A DNA stretch of 61,906 nt, filler included, from Callorhinchus milii (GCF_018977255.1; 2 parts of 2 records of this genome joined end to end with filler, not necessarily neighbours in it); one strand, 5' to 3'. Shown: positions 12,672 through 28,363, numbered from the whole stretch's first letter. Notes: a model not told the origin generated them from the sequence alone. Made by a program: numbers and translations.

Positions 12672-15600
12672 ATACCTGCTGTTACTATTGTTAGACGTCG
12701 AAGATATACGCGAGGATGGATGGAATTAGACGGCATTCGAAAGCTGCACGCATAGCCAAAGGCGACCAAGTTCCGATTTCCTCACAACATGCCGGAATGG
12801 ATCCCGGTTAGATCTCATCTTTCGGCATTCGGTTGCCGGTTGACACACGATGGGTTATCGTGAGCTCTTAAGCGCTTGTGCGCGAGAATATGTTGAGCCT
12901 AATGAGCTGGCCCGCATCCTAACGTTCACGTGGTGTAGAGGTGTGCCATGCGGCTTAGCATCCACAATCCAAACTCACTGTTAGTACTCTGGATACGGGT
13001 ATCTAGAAAGCGCAGAAACTATTAGAGTCTTGTATTGGAGCAGCTCATAACAACAAGTAGTGTCCCGGTTTGGAGGGACGGTCGGTGGGGAATCGTCCAG
13101 AAAAGCTCTGCCATCTGGATCTCGATTAGTAGAACACTAGCTTGACCCTACGCGATGTAGCTTGCTCAACGTCTTCGCTGGAGCGCCGGAAGATTAGGCT
13201 AGTCTATATAGACGAGAAATCCCTTCTAGGGGAGCCCGTAGACCTTTGACACCTGACGGGGCATTCGCGCGCTAACTGGTATGCCTACATTCAAGGGATA
13301 ATGAGATAGCTCCGACAACATGTGCTCCGCGGCCTGCCCGTCTCCGTACGTTGTAGCTACGCAGGTTACCCTAGACAACCTCCCTGCAGTGGTGATCCGC
13401 GCGCGGCCCTCGGAACGCGACTGTGTGGGTTTGCATTAAGGCTAAATACAGCCGTAGTCCCACAGTCCTGCAGTACGGATGCGGTCCGGACAGCCCGATC
13501 ATGACACAGGATCTCGCCTATGGAAAAATTATACCTCTCCCCATAGACAACAAACATTAACATCTAAGACTCATTTCTTTAGATATTGAAGTTTACCTAT
13601 ACACTGGGATCTACCGCTGTAACTTTACGCGAGAATCACAGGCGCGGGAATATATGTGCGTCATCACGTAAGTTGTTTCCCTACCCATGTGTTAATACCC
13701 AACCATTACCACATTGCTGTTGCTCAACCGATTTTGGGGGAGTTAACTGACTTCGATGTGAGCCCGTATGTGACAAGTGACAGTAGCCTGAACTCAATTT
13801 TGTACAAAACTTCCAGTTATTGCCAACTACCTGTCGTGGCGATCTGCGCCGGAATTTCGGGCACATTTACGTGTAACTCATAATCTCCACATTTTAACTT
13901 GTGCACGGGGTATTCTGTTAACTTCGTCCATTTGTGCCCCCATACATCAGCTGTCCAGTGACTAAAGGGCGTCAGAGCCTGAGTGAAGGGGCATTAGCGC
14001 ATGCACTGTGGGTGGTAATGGTCACTTTGAACTCCTAAAATTCGACTTTCCAAGCTGTAGTAGACGTAGCACGGCACCCGACTTGTTGCTCAGGAGGATT
14101 GTGACCTCATAGTCTCGATAATGGAAAACTGCTATTCTATAATCCCGGATTGTCTAGAATGAGTGGGGTAGCAATGGGAGGGGATCAATCAGGCGCCTCT
14201 GACCTCCATGTTGTCTTCGTCGTACCTTTCAACCGCGGGACCGAGCTTGCCCCGACTGACGGCTGAGGCCAATCCCTAAAACCAAGTAGTGTCTCAAATA
14301 GAAAATTGACAACACGAGTATGTTGGGTCGTTCGGTGACCCCAGTATGGCAACTACCAAAGATACCTATGCTGGAGTAGGAATACTAGCCTGCTAGAAAA
14401 CTATCAGATAACTGGAGCTAAACGCTGCGGTGGGTAAGGTTTTTTTAGGGCTCGGTCTATGGGCAGTCACAATCTAAAGTTTTTAGGCCTCGACCACGGT
14501 ATATCATGCCTCACTCCCCGGTGACCCCGAACAGACATCTTAGGCGGGCATATGAATGTATATGTGATTAATCATGCAGGGAATAATTCTCCGACGATCA
14601 AAGCACATACTACCATGTGAACTACACAGGGCCTTCGCGGTTACGCACTGGGTAACTACTGAGCCATAGTTGTTAATCGGTAATAGTGACCGAGACTGAT
14701 ATGCCACCTGCCGCTTATAGACCATACGGGTTTGCTGATGACTAGCCAACACATCCGTTTCTAAAGGTACGGCGCACAGCTTGCCGAAATTTACCCCATC
14801 CCGGTCCAATGTAACAGGCACCGAAAGCTAATCCATGAACCATCAATATCTAACTAGCGCTATTGATACGGAGTAATTAACGCGAGTGCGCGTAAGAGAC
14901 AGGAGTGTACTACCCCAAGCAAAAGGTGCGTATACTCTATCCGCGGCATATATCCAGATCGAGAGCGCGTTTGCCGCCCGTCCCCTGGGTTTAGGGGTAA
15001 GCATGTCCGGTCATCGTTGTTTACGCGGGTGCTTCCCAGTTTTTATCCGAACAAAAGCGGCATTTATCGTTACTTTATCCGGGGAATCTACGAGAGTTAC
15101 GAGTCTGGCCGGGATCAGTTTGCGTTACGACAGCGATCACCAAAATCGGAAAGACCATGCAAAGTCAAGACGGCGCCTATGACGCTAGATTAATTCATCA
15201 TGATGTAATGATGATGGATTCAGCAGACCTAGTATAATCTTAGCGTCACTACGAGCGCGGTGCACTTGATGCAGTCTATTAAGAAAAATTAAAGGGAAAC
15301 TACCGTAGTCTTTTGGAGTAGGCGTGGGACACAGTGCCAAATAAGTGAACAACTAGCAAATCGTATTTATTTCTTTTTTTTCCCGGATGTCGGTACCCGT
15401 CTTAGCGCAATATCGGAGTTCCTGCTAAGCCTAAACCATGGCGCACTGCAACGGTGCCCATGGCAAATACGCATTCTCCCAAAAGCAACCCACGGAAGGC
15501 AGCTGCTGAACGGCTCGCTCAACGAGGCACAGTCCAACTCTTTATCTAACAGGGATTATGACCCAGCCAGGAGATATTGGTGGGCAGTGTCTAGGATCGC

Positions 15601-18600
15601 CAGGCCCTGCTAACCGGCTACGGTCAAACGTGGAGAACGTATAGGAGCGCCCGAACAAACCCATCTGTTTTGGAGGCAGGCCGAGTATGGGAGTCCGGTT
15701 TTGACTCGACTTACGATCATCTCTCGCATCTAGTGCTCTTACTGTGGAAGATTCGGAGCGCACGCCGGCACGATAGGTTTTTACCCACGAGCCATAGCAC
15801 TCTTCAGTTGACTGACGCGATTGCATATAGGTCGAGGTCTACAACCCTTGTTTTGGTCTAGACGAGGCAGGATGATCGATGAGCCAGCGCTACCATAACG
15901 GGTGAATCTCGATCTCAGCTGCGACGTTTAACTAGGGGAAGAGCAGCTGGGAGTGCGCGCTGCTGGTCAAGTTCGGTGGGATCGTGTCGTGGTCCTTTGA
16001 ATAAGGGGTATATTGGCAGTCAGACTTTAGATGTTAGCCATCCCCCCGGTAGTGAGAGCCAGCGCATATAGGGTATTAGTTCTCTGCTCTTCAAAGTCCT
16101 TGACGATTTTTACAGGGTCTCTACCTTAAATCACTACCGCTTTAATCAGTGCGAGCCGATCCCATGTGTATTCCGCTATACACGCCGCCCTAGTAACTAA
16201 TCCACGATGAGGCATTATTATAAAACGACCGGAGATGCGTCTAAATATTTTGTGGTTTATGGTATTCTAAATGTCTTAAGCACGATTTGGTCCCTTTTAA
16301 GCCCTACTCCTGCGAAAAGTGACGGTTAGGGTCTGACCTAATCTCTTGCTTGGCCTACGAGTCTCAGCGGGCGCTACACATGTAGGTCGTTCAGTCGTAA
16401 AGGCAGCTATGGATAGTCAGGTAGGAATTTGGTGATCGGACCTATGGTTACCTTCCATTATTGACAGTCATAGGCTAATGGGCCCTGCAATGGCCTCCCA
16501 GTTGTCGCACGTTAATCGGTTTTACTCGATAAGTCCAGGCACGAGACAACTGCCGCGTAGCCGACCGTTTTATTTGAGGCCGATTCTAAGCGAAGGACAT
16601 GCGGACTCGCACTCACAGTGCTTGCCGCGATGCAGTTTGTATCACCAGAACCATGTTGTTTGGCATCCCAACAGATGAAAAACCTGGTATCCTATCTTGT
16701 TAAATAACTAGCGGGACTAGTATGACAGCTCATTAGGGCCTCGAAGGGTATACCCACCGACAATCAAGCGCCGCTAAACTAGTGCAGAAGACTTATGTTT
16801 ATGAGCAACATTATTCGGCGCCGTGGTTCGACCGTGAACGTGGTGACGGTGGGGCTACCGAAGGAAACTATACTAGGTTTCCCCGTTGGACCAGCAAAAC
16901 ACTCTCAAGTAGGAGGGCATATGCGTCTCGTTAATGAGGGGCCTATCCTTCAACCGTGCGTTATTCGAAGTCGTGTTGGTCAATGCTACATCATCACAAC
17001 TGTTGCCTGAAACTCTTATTGTTTCTGATGAAGGAGACTTATAAAGGTCGACGGCTTAAAGCTAAGCCCCCTCTACGCGCGGTAACACAACTGGAACTTT
17101 TACAATTGTCCAGCCGCGAAGGCTGTTTGCTGCTGTGGGTCGTATCCATCATCGGTAAGGAAGCCGTCAATCCGCGAATCGATGATGGTGCGAGGACGTG
17201 CTTGAACGGGTGACTAGGGCCCCGTCGAGACAGCATAGCCTCCGATTGGATTTTTTAATCTAACCATGAGACCTCGGACGATGACCCTTTCGCGTACAAG
17301 CTCTTAAGGACTCCTTTCCGGAGCCGCAAAGCACATCAACGCCGCTTCTAGGCAGACAATGTTGTCAATCCCCATGGTATGGTAACAAGTATGAAGCGTG
17401 CTGAAAGCGCGCGCGCGCTTAATGTAGGCGAGATGGGGTTTAAATATTTCTGTCACGGGGCTCTGTTGCGTGCAATGCATTCCGCTAACAATGTTGAAAA
17501 TCGCGTTTACTTACGGACCCTGTCTACAAGGGTTCACCTAAGTTGTTAGATAAGGAAGTCATTACGAGTCCCGCGTTCCAGAGATACCACGGTTCTAGCA
17601 CTGCTTATTACTTCATATCCCGCTACTCGAAAGTAGGATCCCGACCAAAAATGTATTGTGTTTCTGGATTTTGACCATCCTGCACACCCCAACATGTCGA
17701 AAATCCCCATATCCGGGTGCTACGCAACACGACCTAACCCAAGCATACGTCGGCACCCCCGTCGCACTCTCAACCGCTTTCCCAATGAAGGCGAGGTGCT
17801 AGTAACTGACCGGACGACGAAAAGGTCACGGGAAGGTAAGAGAACTGAATCGACAATTCTTTAACGCAGAGGCGATAGTCAAGAGCAAATTTGAGGTCAC
17901 ATCCCGAAGCTTCACAAACTTTGCGCGTTTTCTAACAGGAAAGTGAGCAGGGCAGAACAGGGTGCAATCGCGATAGGCAGTTAGGGACTCGGTCTGAGCT
18001 GAAAGACTTAAGCGGGAGCTTTAATCCGACTAGCCTCCCTGCTGCCTAATCATGAAAGCCGTCACGATGAGCCTCTCCGTACGGAGAAGTCCGGCTTGGA
18101 TCTAGTCATCTATCAGGGCTGGCCCTCTGGGTACGGTCCGGAGCCTCGAATTACTGCTTCAAATGCAGGGGCTAGAGCCTAAACGTTCTTGCCTCACGCA
18201 TAGAGCATCCGACTCGACAATTTGACTCGTAGGTAAATAGTCCGATCTTCCTGCGTAAAGACAAAAGAACAGTTGCAGAGTCAACCGCAGTCGAACGTAA
18301 ATTACCACCCACATAAGCGTACGTGCGTCGGCATACGTTTCTGTTTAGGCTCGAATCGTCGCCACTCGCGGCTGCCCTCGAGGGAGCTTCTAGCGTCGTA
18401 TTCCATACCTAGTTGACACCGAATTACTATCGGAGCTGGCAAATCTTTAAACGTACCCCTATGTGACGCTCTCTCTAGAGCGTAGGCACCACTCGAAGTG
18501 GTGATACATGTGTCCTACTCAAACGCATCTGAAAGATTATACGTATAGCCCGATTGAGACGCCCTCACGCCGGCCATGTACTAGGATAGATCCCAAGGGT

Positions 18601-21600
18601 GGCTGGGCCGACCTCCAGGGGGTGTTGATAGTGGGCCCTGGAGCAGCGTTTGGAGCCAGGCGCATGGTAAGGCCCGCTACATGAAACCCATTGTTTCATG
18701 AAATGTTGAGTGACATCTTTGGTGGCGGATACATTGGTCAATGAGCAGGGTTCTTGTATCTACAAATTACTATGACTTATAGACGAACTTTGGATCGAAG
18801 AGGAAGTGTAGGATTAAAAAGTGATGATGTCTTGATCCGAACTACTCAATCGCCGCTTCGGAGCTGCAGCCGTTGTTCAGGAGGTTTGGTTGGAGGCCAA
18901 GACTCTGATTTTATATTAGGCGCTATTCCACAATGTGGGTAGACTTCAGCGGCTCAGGTAGATAGTCGTGACACACAAGAGCAGATATTGAGTAAGCTTA
19001 CCCTAACCTCGATCACCATAAGACACCGTGCTGGTCAGTCCCTCATCACTACGGCCCAGGCGCTTGTCGCAGAACTTACACTTTAATTCTCGCCCCCACC
19101 TGCGTAGTGAGCGTCCTTATATACCTACATGATGGCCGGCTATCTTGTCGCCTGAATACTTTCGGTGGACCTTCTGGCGTTAAATCGCCATTGACCTTGG
19201 GTCGACAACTCCAACGGTTCCGTTTTCTTCTAAGCAAATTAATTCCTGTACGTCTGCGGGAACTTCAACTCCGATGCCTTAATACCAATAGGGCTCTTGG
19301 GCCAGCGGAGATATGAAGAATCTGCGCGACTGCTGGCTACACATCTTCACGATCGAGTGATTCATGCAATCATTCACAATTGTGAGGTAGCTTATCAGGC
19401 AAAAACTTGAAGATGATGATCTGCGACTTTATTAGATCGCCATCTATGTTGGACTGAACTCTTTAAAACCCAGTTGGCCGGCAGCCAGAGATTTCATGTA
19501 CGGAAGCATTGTACATATAGTAGCCTTTATAGAATGGGCTTGACTGTCTTATATTACGTACTCACCTAGATCCCCACAATCAGGGCGTACACGGCGAGGT
19601 ACTCCAACTGTACTGTTTACGTCTGTGTCATCCTTGGGCCTTTGGATAGAATAAGACTCTTTCCGTGTTAATCTAGATATGTTGTAAATCGGTTGGCACC
19701 TAGAGGGGGCCGTCACAGTGCGGGAATCGGAGGGAGGAGTCTGGTCAGGGCAACAACCAAAAAGAGATACCCTAGTAGCGTTAAACTATTTGTTGCATAT
19801 AGATACTTAACAGTTCGGCCCTATTAACACCAGCTCGAGAGCTCGTAATATTATATAGGTTTATGCAGTCGTTACATGATTCGCACAACTCCTTGGTGAT
19901 GGGTGAAGAGTGCCCCATTAGTTACCAACGGCACATCGATTCGGGTCGGTGGGCCGAAAGTGTCCAGAGAGAAGAAGGTTGACTCGCACGGTGATTGGTT
20001 ATACTTATAATCCAGCCAAATAGAACTGGCAGGTCGCGATGTCCACGGATCAAGTGACTACATATAACAAGAGGTCAACAATCCAAGTTGGGCTTCCAGT
20101 CATGGATGCGTATGGCGATACGAACACTACGTGTGCGGTCGGGCTTGCCATAGGTGAAGATTAAAGGTAATACTCTTGAGCACGTCAAGCCGGACTACCG
20201 GCTTTAAATTTACTATCTATGAAGCAGATGATAAGAAGTTCAATGACTAGAAAAACCCACGGATTTTGGCAAATACTGTTGTGGTTTTAAGTATCGTGTG
20301 CCCTAAGCGAGCTCACGCCCCTCCACTTCTTAGAAATTATTCCTGTCCAACCCGTGGTCGAGGGCCTTAGCTGTTAGGGGTAGGGGTCCATCGTCATAAG
20401 ATCCTGAGAACAATCCCAGCCCGCCTTCCTAAAGCAGCCGCGGAATCCGCAAAGTCATAACCTTATATCTATACGAAGAGGTAAATTCGGTAATAGTACT
20501 TTATGAGGAAGCGGTAGACGTTATCAACCTCCTGTCAGATGCACGACCGGCAGTTGGCCCTGATGGTAGACCTAGTCTGACCGTCGTAAAATCACTTCGT
20601 GAGACCGACGTTCGGGGGTAGATAGCCCGCGCCTTATCAGTCTCGCTTAGTATATGCATTTGGGGCCGACACGTCAGGATCAGCCCCAATCGGTACTGTC
20701 TAGTTCGTATTATCTACTTAACGTTCAAAGGGGAGCTCCGTGATTTGACTCCTACATGTATGCGAGACGCGTATTTGGATACTTTCTTCCAGCCCCACTG
20801 GACCGTTAAGGTCTGGATTCCATTGTCATAATGGTTTGAGTTCGAGATGCATGCTGCGATTGTAGATTTATCTCGCGAGGCCCAAACCAAACGTTCGCGT
20901 GGTGGGGGTAAGGTTACCGAAGAGAATGCTGGTGCACCAGCATACATTAGTGGGAAGGTTTAGTCGTACGACTTAGCTAAGTGACGACCCAGAAATACCG
21001 GCTTTCCACGTTCATACAGGGTTTTGAAGCCCAACATCCGTTTACATAACACGGTAATGCTATATACGTATAGGGCGATCCCCCGGAACTCACCCACCGT
21101 AGGAATCGGCAAAAGGCTGTGTCTTAGGGAAGGTGAGAAGTGCTACAGAAGACAAGTCTTAAAAGAGTATTTCAAGCCACGGGCCTTGTCCGATCGTTGA
21201 GTATGAACGTTTTTAGTGACCATTCACCAATCTTAAGCGGCAGCTCAATAGGACCGTACGATGAGAACTCAAGAGAACGATATTCGGTTTCTCGTGCTTG
21301 TCGAAGCGGTACTGACCACCACTGTGTATAAGAGAAGCAACGATTCTAGTAAAGGTTGCAGAGTACGCCATCAGTTGTGCGAATGGGGCCCAGAAGTTCG
21401 ACAGTAGTATGGCGCCGGGATGACAGTAGCGTATGTCTTTTTCGGCGAACTGCTGTACCCTTCATTATTGCGACGGAATGTTCCGAGGTAGACTTACAAA
21501 CGCCCCCCCGTTTGAGTGAAGCAAACATTCGCTTCCTACACAATCGTCAGCTAGTTCGGTAGAACTACCGTCGATATAGCCAACGCACCACTTTGACCTG

Positions 21601-24600
21601 AGATGCTACTTAACTAACAACAAGGGGTAGCATATTATTGTGCGCCTGTAGCCCCAACTGGTAGAAAACTAGTCGGAGTGCCGTAACATCTCGCCCTCCC
21701 ACAGAGAACCGCATAATTAGTATTGTAGGTGAAGGCCGGTACCCTTTCGCACGGCCTTAAGTATGCTAGATAGATTCGCTTCCTCCCACTGGAGGAGCAG
21801 GCGAGTCAGTCGCGATTTATGGAGAACTCAATTGCGTGTCTAGTCGTGTGCTCTTGCCGCTAACCCCTTACTTCACGGAGGACCTCTGGTGACGTAGAGC
21901 ACTGCGATGCACTAGGAATCACACCCAGTCAACCGTGTTACCGGAAAGTCATACGTAACAAAAACTGAGGTGCATCTCTTGGGCGTGGCTTCAGAGAAGC
22001 GATTAGGACTGTTCCCTTACATATTACACGGTACACTGTAGCGTCACCCTAGGGAGAGTGCCCGTAGTGCACATGTAGGGTTATCATCACGCGCACAACT
22101 CGCAGTGACACCAATCACTCACATAACAAGTTCAAATCTGGTCTGCGGGCCATAGGAAGCGCTGAGGGGCTAAATCTGACCGAACTTTACGGTATCGGGT
22201 ATACAGCCATAAGATGTAGTAATTCCCCCAGGTTGCCTGGTATATGAACAGTTTGGATACCGCTGGATGGTATCCCCTATGTGAGCGACCTCAAAGTATG
22301 ACGTGCTGAGATGCGGACATGTATATACGGGCAGTTCGCTAACAGAGTACATCTTTTAGATGCTTACGTGAAATGTGAACACGCTCCGCGAAGCTGCGTT
22401 AAACTACAATGAATGGTATATTCGGCAGAAACATCTACCTCATGAGCCCTGGTAAGTCATTGAGTTAACGAGTGTCGAGGGACTGAGCTTGCGATGGGAG
22501 AGAATGTCTATGGTTATCCTTTCGTCAATGCTATGAAACTGGAACTACTTGGCGAAGTCCCACAAGGTTGGTGGTGCTCGGCTGGACTGAATTGAGGTTA
22601 GCCAGGCGTGCTGTCACGCAAAGTATCGATCGTGCTAAAACACGTACGGTGATGACATTGAAGGTTCCCATCGACGGTGCAGTTGGCTAGGTTTCTTTGC
22701 ACTAAATACAGTTATAAATGATTCTATAGCCATTTTTTATGACAACACAGAATGGAGACGAAGAGGCTTATCTTGACAGAAATCTAAATGGAGTAAGGCA
22801 AAACCTTACATTAGACTGACGCAATGCCGTATCAAATGACGCTCGCACGAATTGTCGACCGGCGCCACTCAGCAAACGTTCTCCCAGCGAGTTCGGGTGG
22901 CCAGAGTCAAAAAGTTCCTAGTCGGCTCGTGACGTTTGATTGTAACGACAGATAATAATAATACTTAGCCCCTGTCGCGAGCCGGGACCGAGAGTAAGCT
23001 AGGATTGAATAATTCAGACCCCATCGCCGCAATCGATCATATATTGTTCATACGAAGATTCGCTGAGGTGGCGGACCCCACCTATGAAAAAGGTGGGTAG
23101 GACCTCTACAATCCGGACTATTATCGGGTCAGCTCTGGCTTTTTTGGGAATCCATTTTGAGCAGTTCGGTCCTGCGCTGCCCTCCAGAGCATGAATTTTG
23201 CAAGGAGTTGCAGTAATCGCACTAGCTGTGTCGTCTGACCCTTCTAGGTAGCTTTCGATAGAACGAGAGCCGGGAACTTTGCTTCTCGATTTGTTCTACA
23301 AACCCGCGAACAACACGCGAGGCCTCTATTTGGCGACGGTCCGAGGACTTCATTGGTTTTTACGTTGGGATTTAGTTGCTAGAATCACAGAGAATCATCT
23401 ACGCATATGAATCACGTTGTAGGATGACGCAGACTAGAGGTGATTGCTACTCTTGCGTAGTATAAGGCTGAGAAGAATGCGCGGCGTATTGCGATAGAGT
23501 ATGCATCGCGTAGTCAGGCTTTAGGTTGGAGGATGTTTCACGTTCATAATTCCTACAAGGTTAAAAAAGAAGCGTGCGCCCTTGAGCCGCGGGTCCTTAC
23601 TTCCAGAATATGGAACCTCCACTCTCATGCGCAGACAGACAATTGACCCCATTTAATACGACTGCGACAGACTTGTTTAATGGCGTCGCATGCGGCCCCT
23701 TTCAGTTGTACACACAACTCTTTAAAGTCGTTCGCTCGGCCAAGACACGACACAATGAGTGCTTTTGCAATCCCCACCAACCTGGCTCGTGTTCATTCAG
23801 AGGAGAAACGTGGAGTGATTTTTTTCCAAGTACGTGTCCAGATATGACGCCTTCAGGCTTCTGAAGGGGTGGATTTCTGTACAACAACCTATCTCGAAAC
23901 GGACGGCCGCTTTAATCGCATCTAATCTTCTATAAGGTTTATGTTAAGATCCTATTGTGAAAGTACGTCGTAGAGGGCCCTCTTCTAAAATCTAGGCATT
24001 TATTCTTGACTGTTGTCGCTTCTCTCGCGAATTATAAGTTACAGGGGAAAGACCGAAGAAGGGCGTTTCTATTACTTCAGACAGTCGAGGTGGATACAAC
24101 TTCTCCTAGATACTACGGCCCTTTCAAAATAACCCCTGAACATGGACAAAGTGGATTTCTGACGACCCTAGTGAGCTCCTCTACTGGGTGTCGACGATTG
24201 TAATGAGATACTGAAGTAGTGATAATAAGCTAGACCGCCCTTTTCCTCTGTAACTGAAAGCGATACGAACCATGAAGCGCCCACCGCGGATATAGCGTCA
24301 GTGTAAAGCAACCACGTCGCGCCGAATCTCAGGATCCGAGTAAGTATGTAAGCCAAAAATGAATTACGTTTTTTGCTTGTAGATCCGGAGCAGTATCGCT
24401 CCGGCATTCCGCAGGAGTCCCCCATCGTCAGGGTTACGCTCCGTAGTAATTTTACTCTATTGCATTATTGTGGACTAATGGCGTCCGAGACGGCTTGGTT
24501 TGCACTCGGGCCGAACCCAGCTCGAACCACGCGGAAGTGAACCTTTAAGAGGGGCCGTATAGAAGCTTCGCCCGCGGTACACTTCATACGCAAGTGACAT

Positions 24601-27600
24601 CACCTATAGAAGAGAATATCCCCGGCCTGTTCCGCTAGGATCCAATAGGGCTATAAAATGGGTACGCACGGCGAGTCAGCCGCTCAACACGAGAATCAGT
24701 AGCTGCGCAAACCATATAAGCACTCTGAAGAAACCGACTATGTCTCAAGACGACGAAAACCCTTATATGTCTTAAACATGCAGCCTCTTAGGGCTGACCC
24801 AGGCTGGTGAAAATGTCGTAACGTAGAAATGCGAGGTCAATACGTCTCATTCAATTACCGCCATAGAAACTGATACGTAAAATCTGAAGTCCGACAGCCG
24901 CGTAATAATGGTCCTTTGCCCGCAGTGCCATACTGACTGCAAGTGACTCAGCTTTTGACATGCGACCCCTTGTTTCCTGCTCACGCTCTCAACGAAAACT
25001 AGCGCAACGCTGATCTTTACTCTGTTAACATCCGATTAAAACGATTGGAAGATTACGCCTAAAGTCGTTTGAAAGTTTCTCCTAGTTCGTAACTTAAAGA
25101 CGCGGCAACAAGTCGGGTTATAGCGCATGGCCGAGTATTAGAGGCATGTTACTTAGGGTGAAGATCGACTCTTTGGACCAATAAGTCTTCCACCTCTTAG
25201 ATTCGGTTAATTTATGGAGGACTACGCCGTTTGGTGAAAGTACGTCAGAGGATGCAGGTCATTGCCTCTGGGTAGCGCATTTAACGTATCCCGGGTGATG
25301 CTCGGTGTATTAAAGCGATCTCTGCACGAGACATGGGTCAGAGCTCGAAAGAAATAGTCTCATCTTGGCTCCAGACTGGCAACGAAACAGAAGCCTCGTC
25401 GGGGTTCTGGTATCATTGATTGCTAGCAGCACACTATGGTCGGTTTCGCACCACCCGCCTCTTTAACGGGACTACAAACAATAACTTCATTCCGCGCAGG
25501 TAATTATAGCCTAGCTTGCAGCACCTGGGTCGCCGGCGAGGTTACTGACGAGAACAGTTATATAGCATTGCATATCCGATTCGTGGCACTGGGCTTCGCA
25601 AGTCAATGAACATTTTTATGCTGTTCGTCATACGTTCCCCAATCAGATTGGTAATATATTATGTTCTGGTAACAATCAACCGGGCGGACTATTCCCCTAC
25701 AGACGTGGTCACCTAAGGGTCCACCTTGCGTGACATTTACATAACGTGGGGTCTTGACCCAAGACCTTTCCGGCGGTTTCCCCGAGGAACCTCGGTTCCT
25801 CTGACAACTAGGCACTTAATTGATTATGTTCTAAAATGTTTCTATCTGTGACTTCTGGTTGTTTCACCTGGCGTAGGAAGCCTCAGTTTGATTCACGTTG
25901 AGTGGCATCAACCAAATATAAATAACCATAAAACAGTTGACTGCTAATCCAAACGTCACAGTTTGTTATTATCTCGGGACCACAGGGCCCTGTTTATGGA
26001 GCATGGTGTAGAGTAAGCCGCCTCGATACGACACGATAACGATATCAGCTTTACGACACACAAGGCGTTGGTCTACAGGCGCTGGCGAGAACTCCACTTA
26101 ATAGGCTGGTGGAGCATGAATGGAAAGGATACACCTCGAAGATCGCTTGGATTCACGATGTCCCTTATAGTCTTTACTATCCCTCGGACTTATTGCAGCA
26201 AAGTGGGCCCTAGCTCCTAAGACCTCCGCCGAAGCAACGTCGTTACTAGGTGTTTGAGCCGGAGAACGATCGATTGTATTTGTAACGCAAGATACGTACG
26301 CGCCTTGTAGAACTCGCGAAAACTTACCGAGCGAACACTCTCCCAACGAAATGTTTGTAAGAAAAGGTCTTAAGGACTTCAACTGCTGAGTGCTCTTAGT
26401 GGTGGATCACCTAGCGAGGCTACAACTCGCCGATGTCCCAAACAGGCGTAACGACTATCGTCTATCCTCTGCACTCGCGTTGGCCGCGGCTTCGACGGGC
26501 ATTTCACGCCTCTCAGCCCAGTGACAGGTGATTACGAGTAAGTGTGACAACCGACTTACAAATTTGAGCCGAACGGGACGATTCGTATAGGTAAGTCGAA
26601 AGTCCCGCCGATGTGTAGTAACTTCGGAGCCTCGACCATTGCTTCCCCAACAACGCTGTGCCGGCTTTCTCAACCTGGTTTAACGTATGTCAAGTGTTTG
26701 ACACCTACTAACGCATAGGGCAGAAGTCATTCCGTTGGTAAACTTAGGACGGCGATGATCGTGATACCCAGCAGAGGAGCAAATTTTTATCTATCTGTCT
26801 ATACGACGGTGCAGCAGGCATAAGTCTACCATCACAAGCTCGCTAGATAGTTCTGGAGGTTGCAGGTGCTGCCAAGCAAGATCTCAAATCTCCTGCTGGC
26901 CGGCCGGCCACGACTTCGTAGCTATTGAGATAGAAGTGCAGCTGACGATTTGGCGGTTCCGTATGCGTTTGGGGCCGTATTCAAATCCTCCGCGCTGGAC
27001 TTAACTAACTAATCTCGGAAAAGAGTCGAGGGTAAATTTGGTACGGTGTTAACCACTCTAGAGAGTACCTTTTCGTAGGATAACGTATCCGTAGGGATTC
27101 CCGCCTACTGGAAGTTACAGTTGACTTAGACGGAGCGGAGAAAACGTGCCGCCAACGGGAAATCATGTTAAGGTCAGAACCTCCGTAGTTGCAGCAGTAG
27201 AACATGCGTCAAATAATCAGATTGGCACCCGCACGGTTAGGACTGCCGCGGGTTTCTAGTCTAGTAGCTAGCAGTCTGTGTTTACCATTGGAACAACTGC
27301 AGTAGTGAATGTTCCTAAAACGTCCAATGACGGACATGGCGCGACTCTCGCCCGCTTGTTGAAATTTGCGTCCTGAACTTTGCCCGTACTCGCCAGTCAG
27401 ACATACGACAACCGCCGATGGGAAGCTAGGAATTGGGACATTCTAAGCGGACATGTATGGTTCCAGGGCACCGCGGTCAATAATAGGCCAAGTCAGCGAG
27501 CGGCCCTAAATAGACGAAGAACAGTGTTTACCTTCTCCCCGATGTCACGAGCCCGTTGGTGCGCAGCAGCGTATTTGAACCGACATGGCCTGATCCTGGG

Positions 27601-28363
27601 CGTTGAGTATTGGACCTGCTCTCCAATTGGGGTGGAAATGAACATATAGAATGATAAGAAGTTGGTGTAAGCACTGTGGACCGGTTTCAGTAGACAAATA
27701 TGGTGTGACATGGGCGAAGGATCAATACCTGACAACAACTCTGTACTTAAGTTTCGATTGGGCCTGGAGAGGGGTAAAAAGGTTCTTACCACATGAGAAA
27801 ATGGTGACTTAGGGAACGTCCAAACGTACCGCCGGCCACCAGCACGTCACCGCGCGCAGACTAAAAATGAGGGTTACCGCATAAAGGAAAGTCCTCACAT
27901 GCTAAAGGACCATTCGTCACCAAATAAGATAGGTCCGGCCTAATGTTATAACACCTGAAAAGTACCTATCAGCCCCATTTGTGATGCATTGGAAGGCGCT
28001 TTTGGTGGACATCATCCGTAGCCGAGTTCTAAGGGCTATTTCCTCGAGAAGCCTCCCGCATTGTAGCTCCGATCGAGCTCGTCTTGTGATTATGTTGAGG
28101 AGAAGGTCATACGAGGTGTCTGGCAATAAAATTGCTCGGGAAGGTGCCAGAACGCTATATAGGGACGAGCTTTTATCATCTTTAACAAGCCTTTGATCAT
28201 ACCTGGGGAAATTCTTATTCAACCCGGGGCACGTAGCAGACTAAAATATGCAAATGGCAGACCAGCCTTGTGCGTGATTATGCAAAAACGCACTAAGTAC
28301 TCCCCAGGGGAATATTAGAGCGTAAGCTAAAAGCAGAAGTCCCACCTATTTTGAGTGCGTGAG
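12672..28363. other. Featureless, random-like block (probably shuffled or synthetic); no genes called
   Basis: Even base usage, abundant CpG and TpA, none of the repeat families that fill both flanks, almost no homopolymers or microsatellites, and only ORFs of 101 aa or less with no motif. Confidence 0.8.

Noticed and set aside
12672..28363. Dozens of 60-101 aa ORFs as a possible viral or novel gene cluster
   Set aside because: No motifs or consistent strand organisation, and lengths look like chance. Calling a system here would be unsupported.
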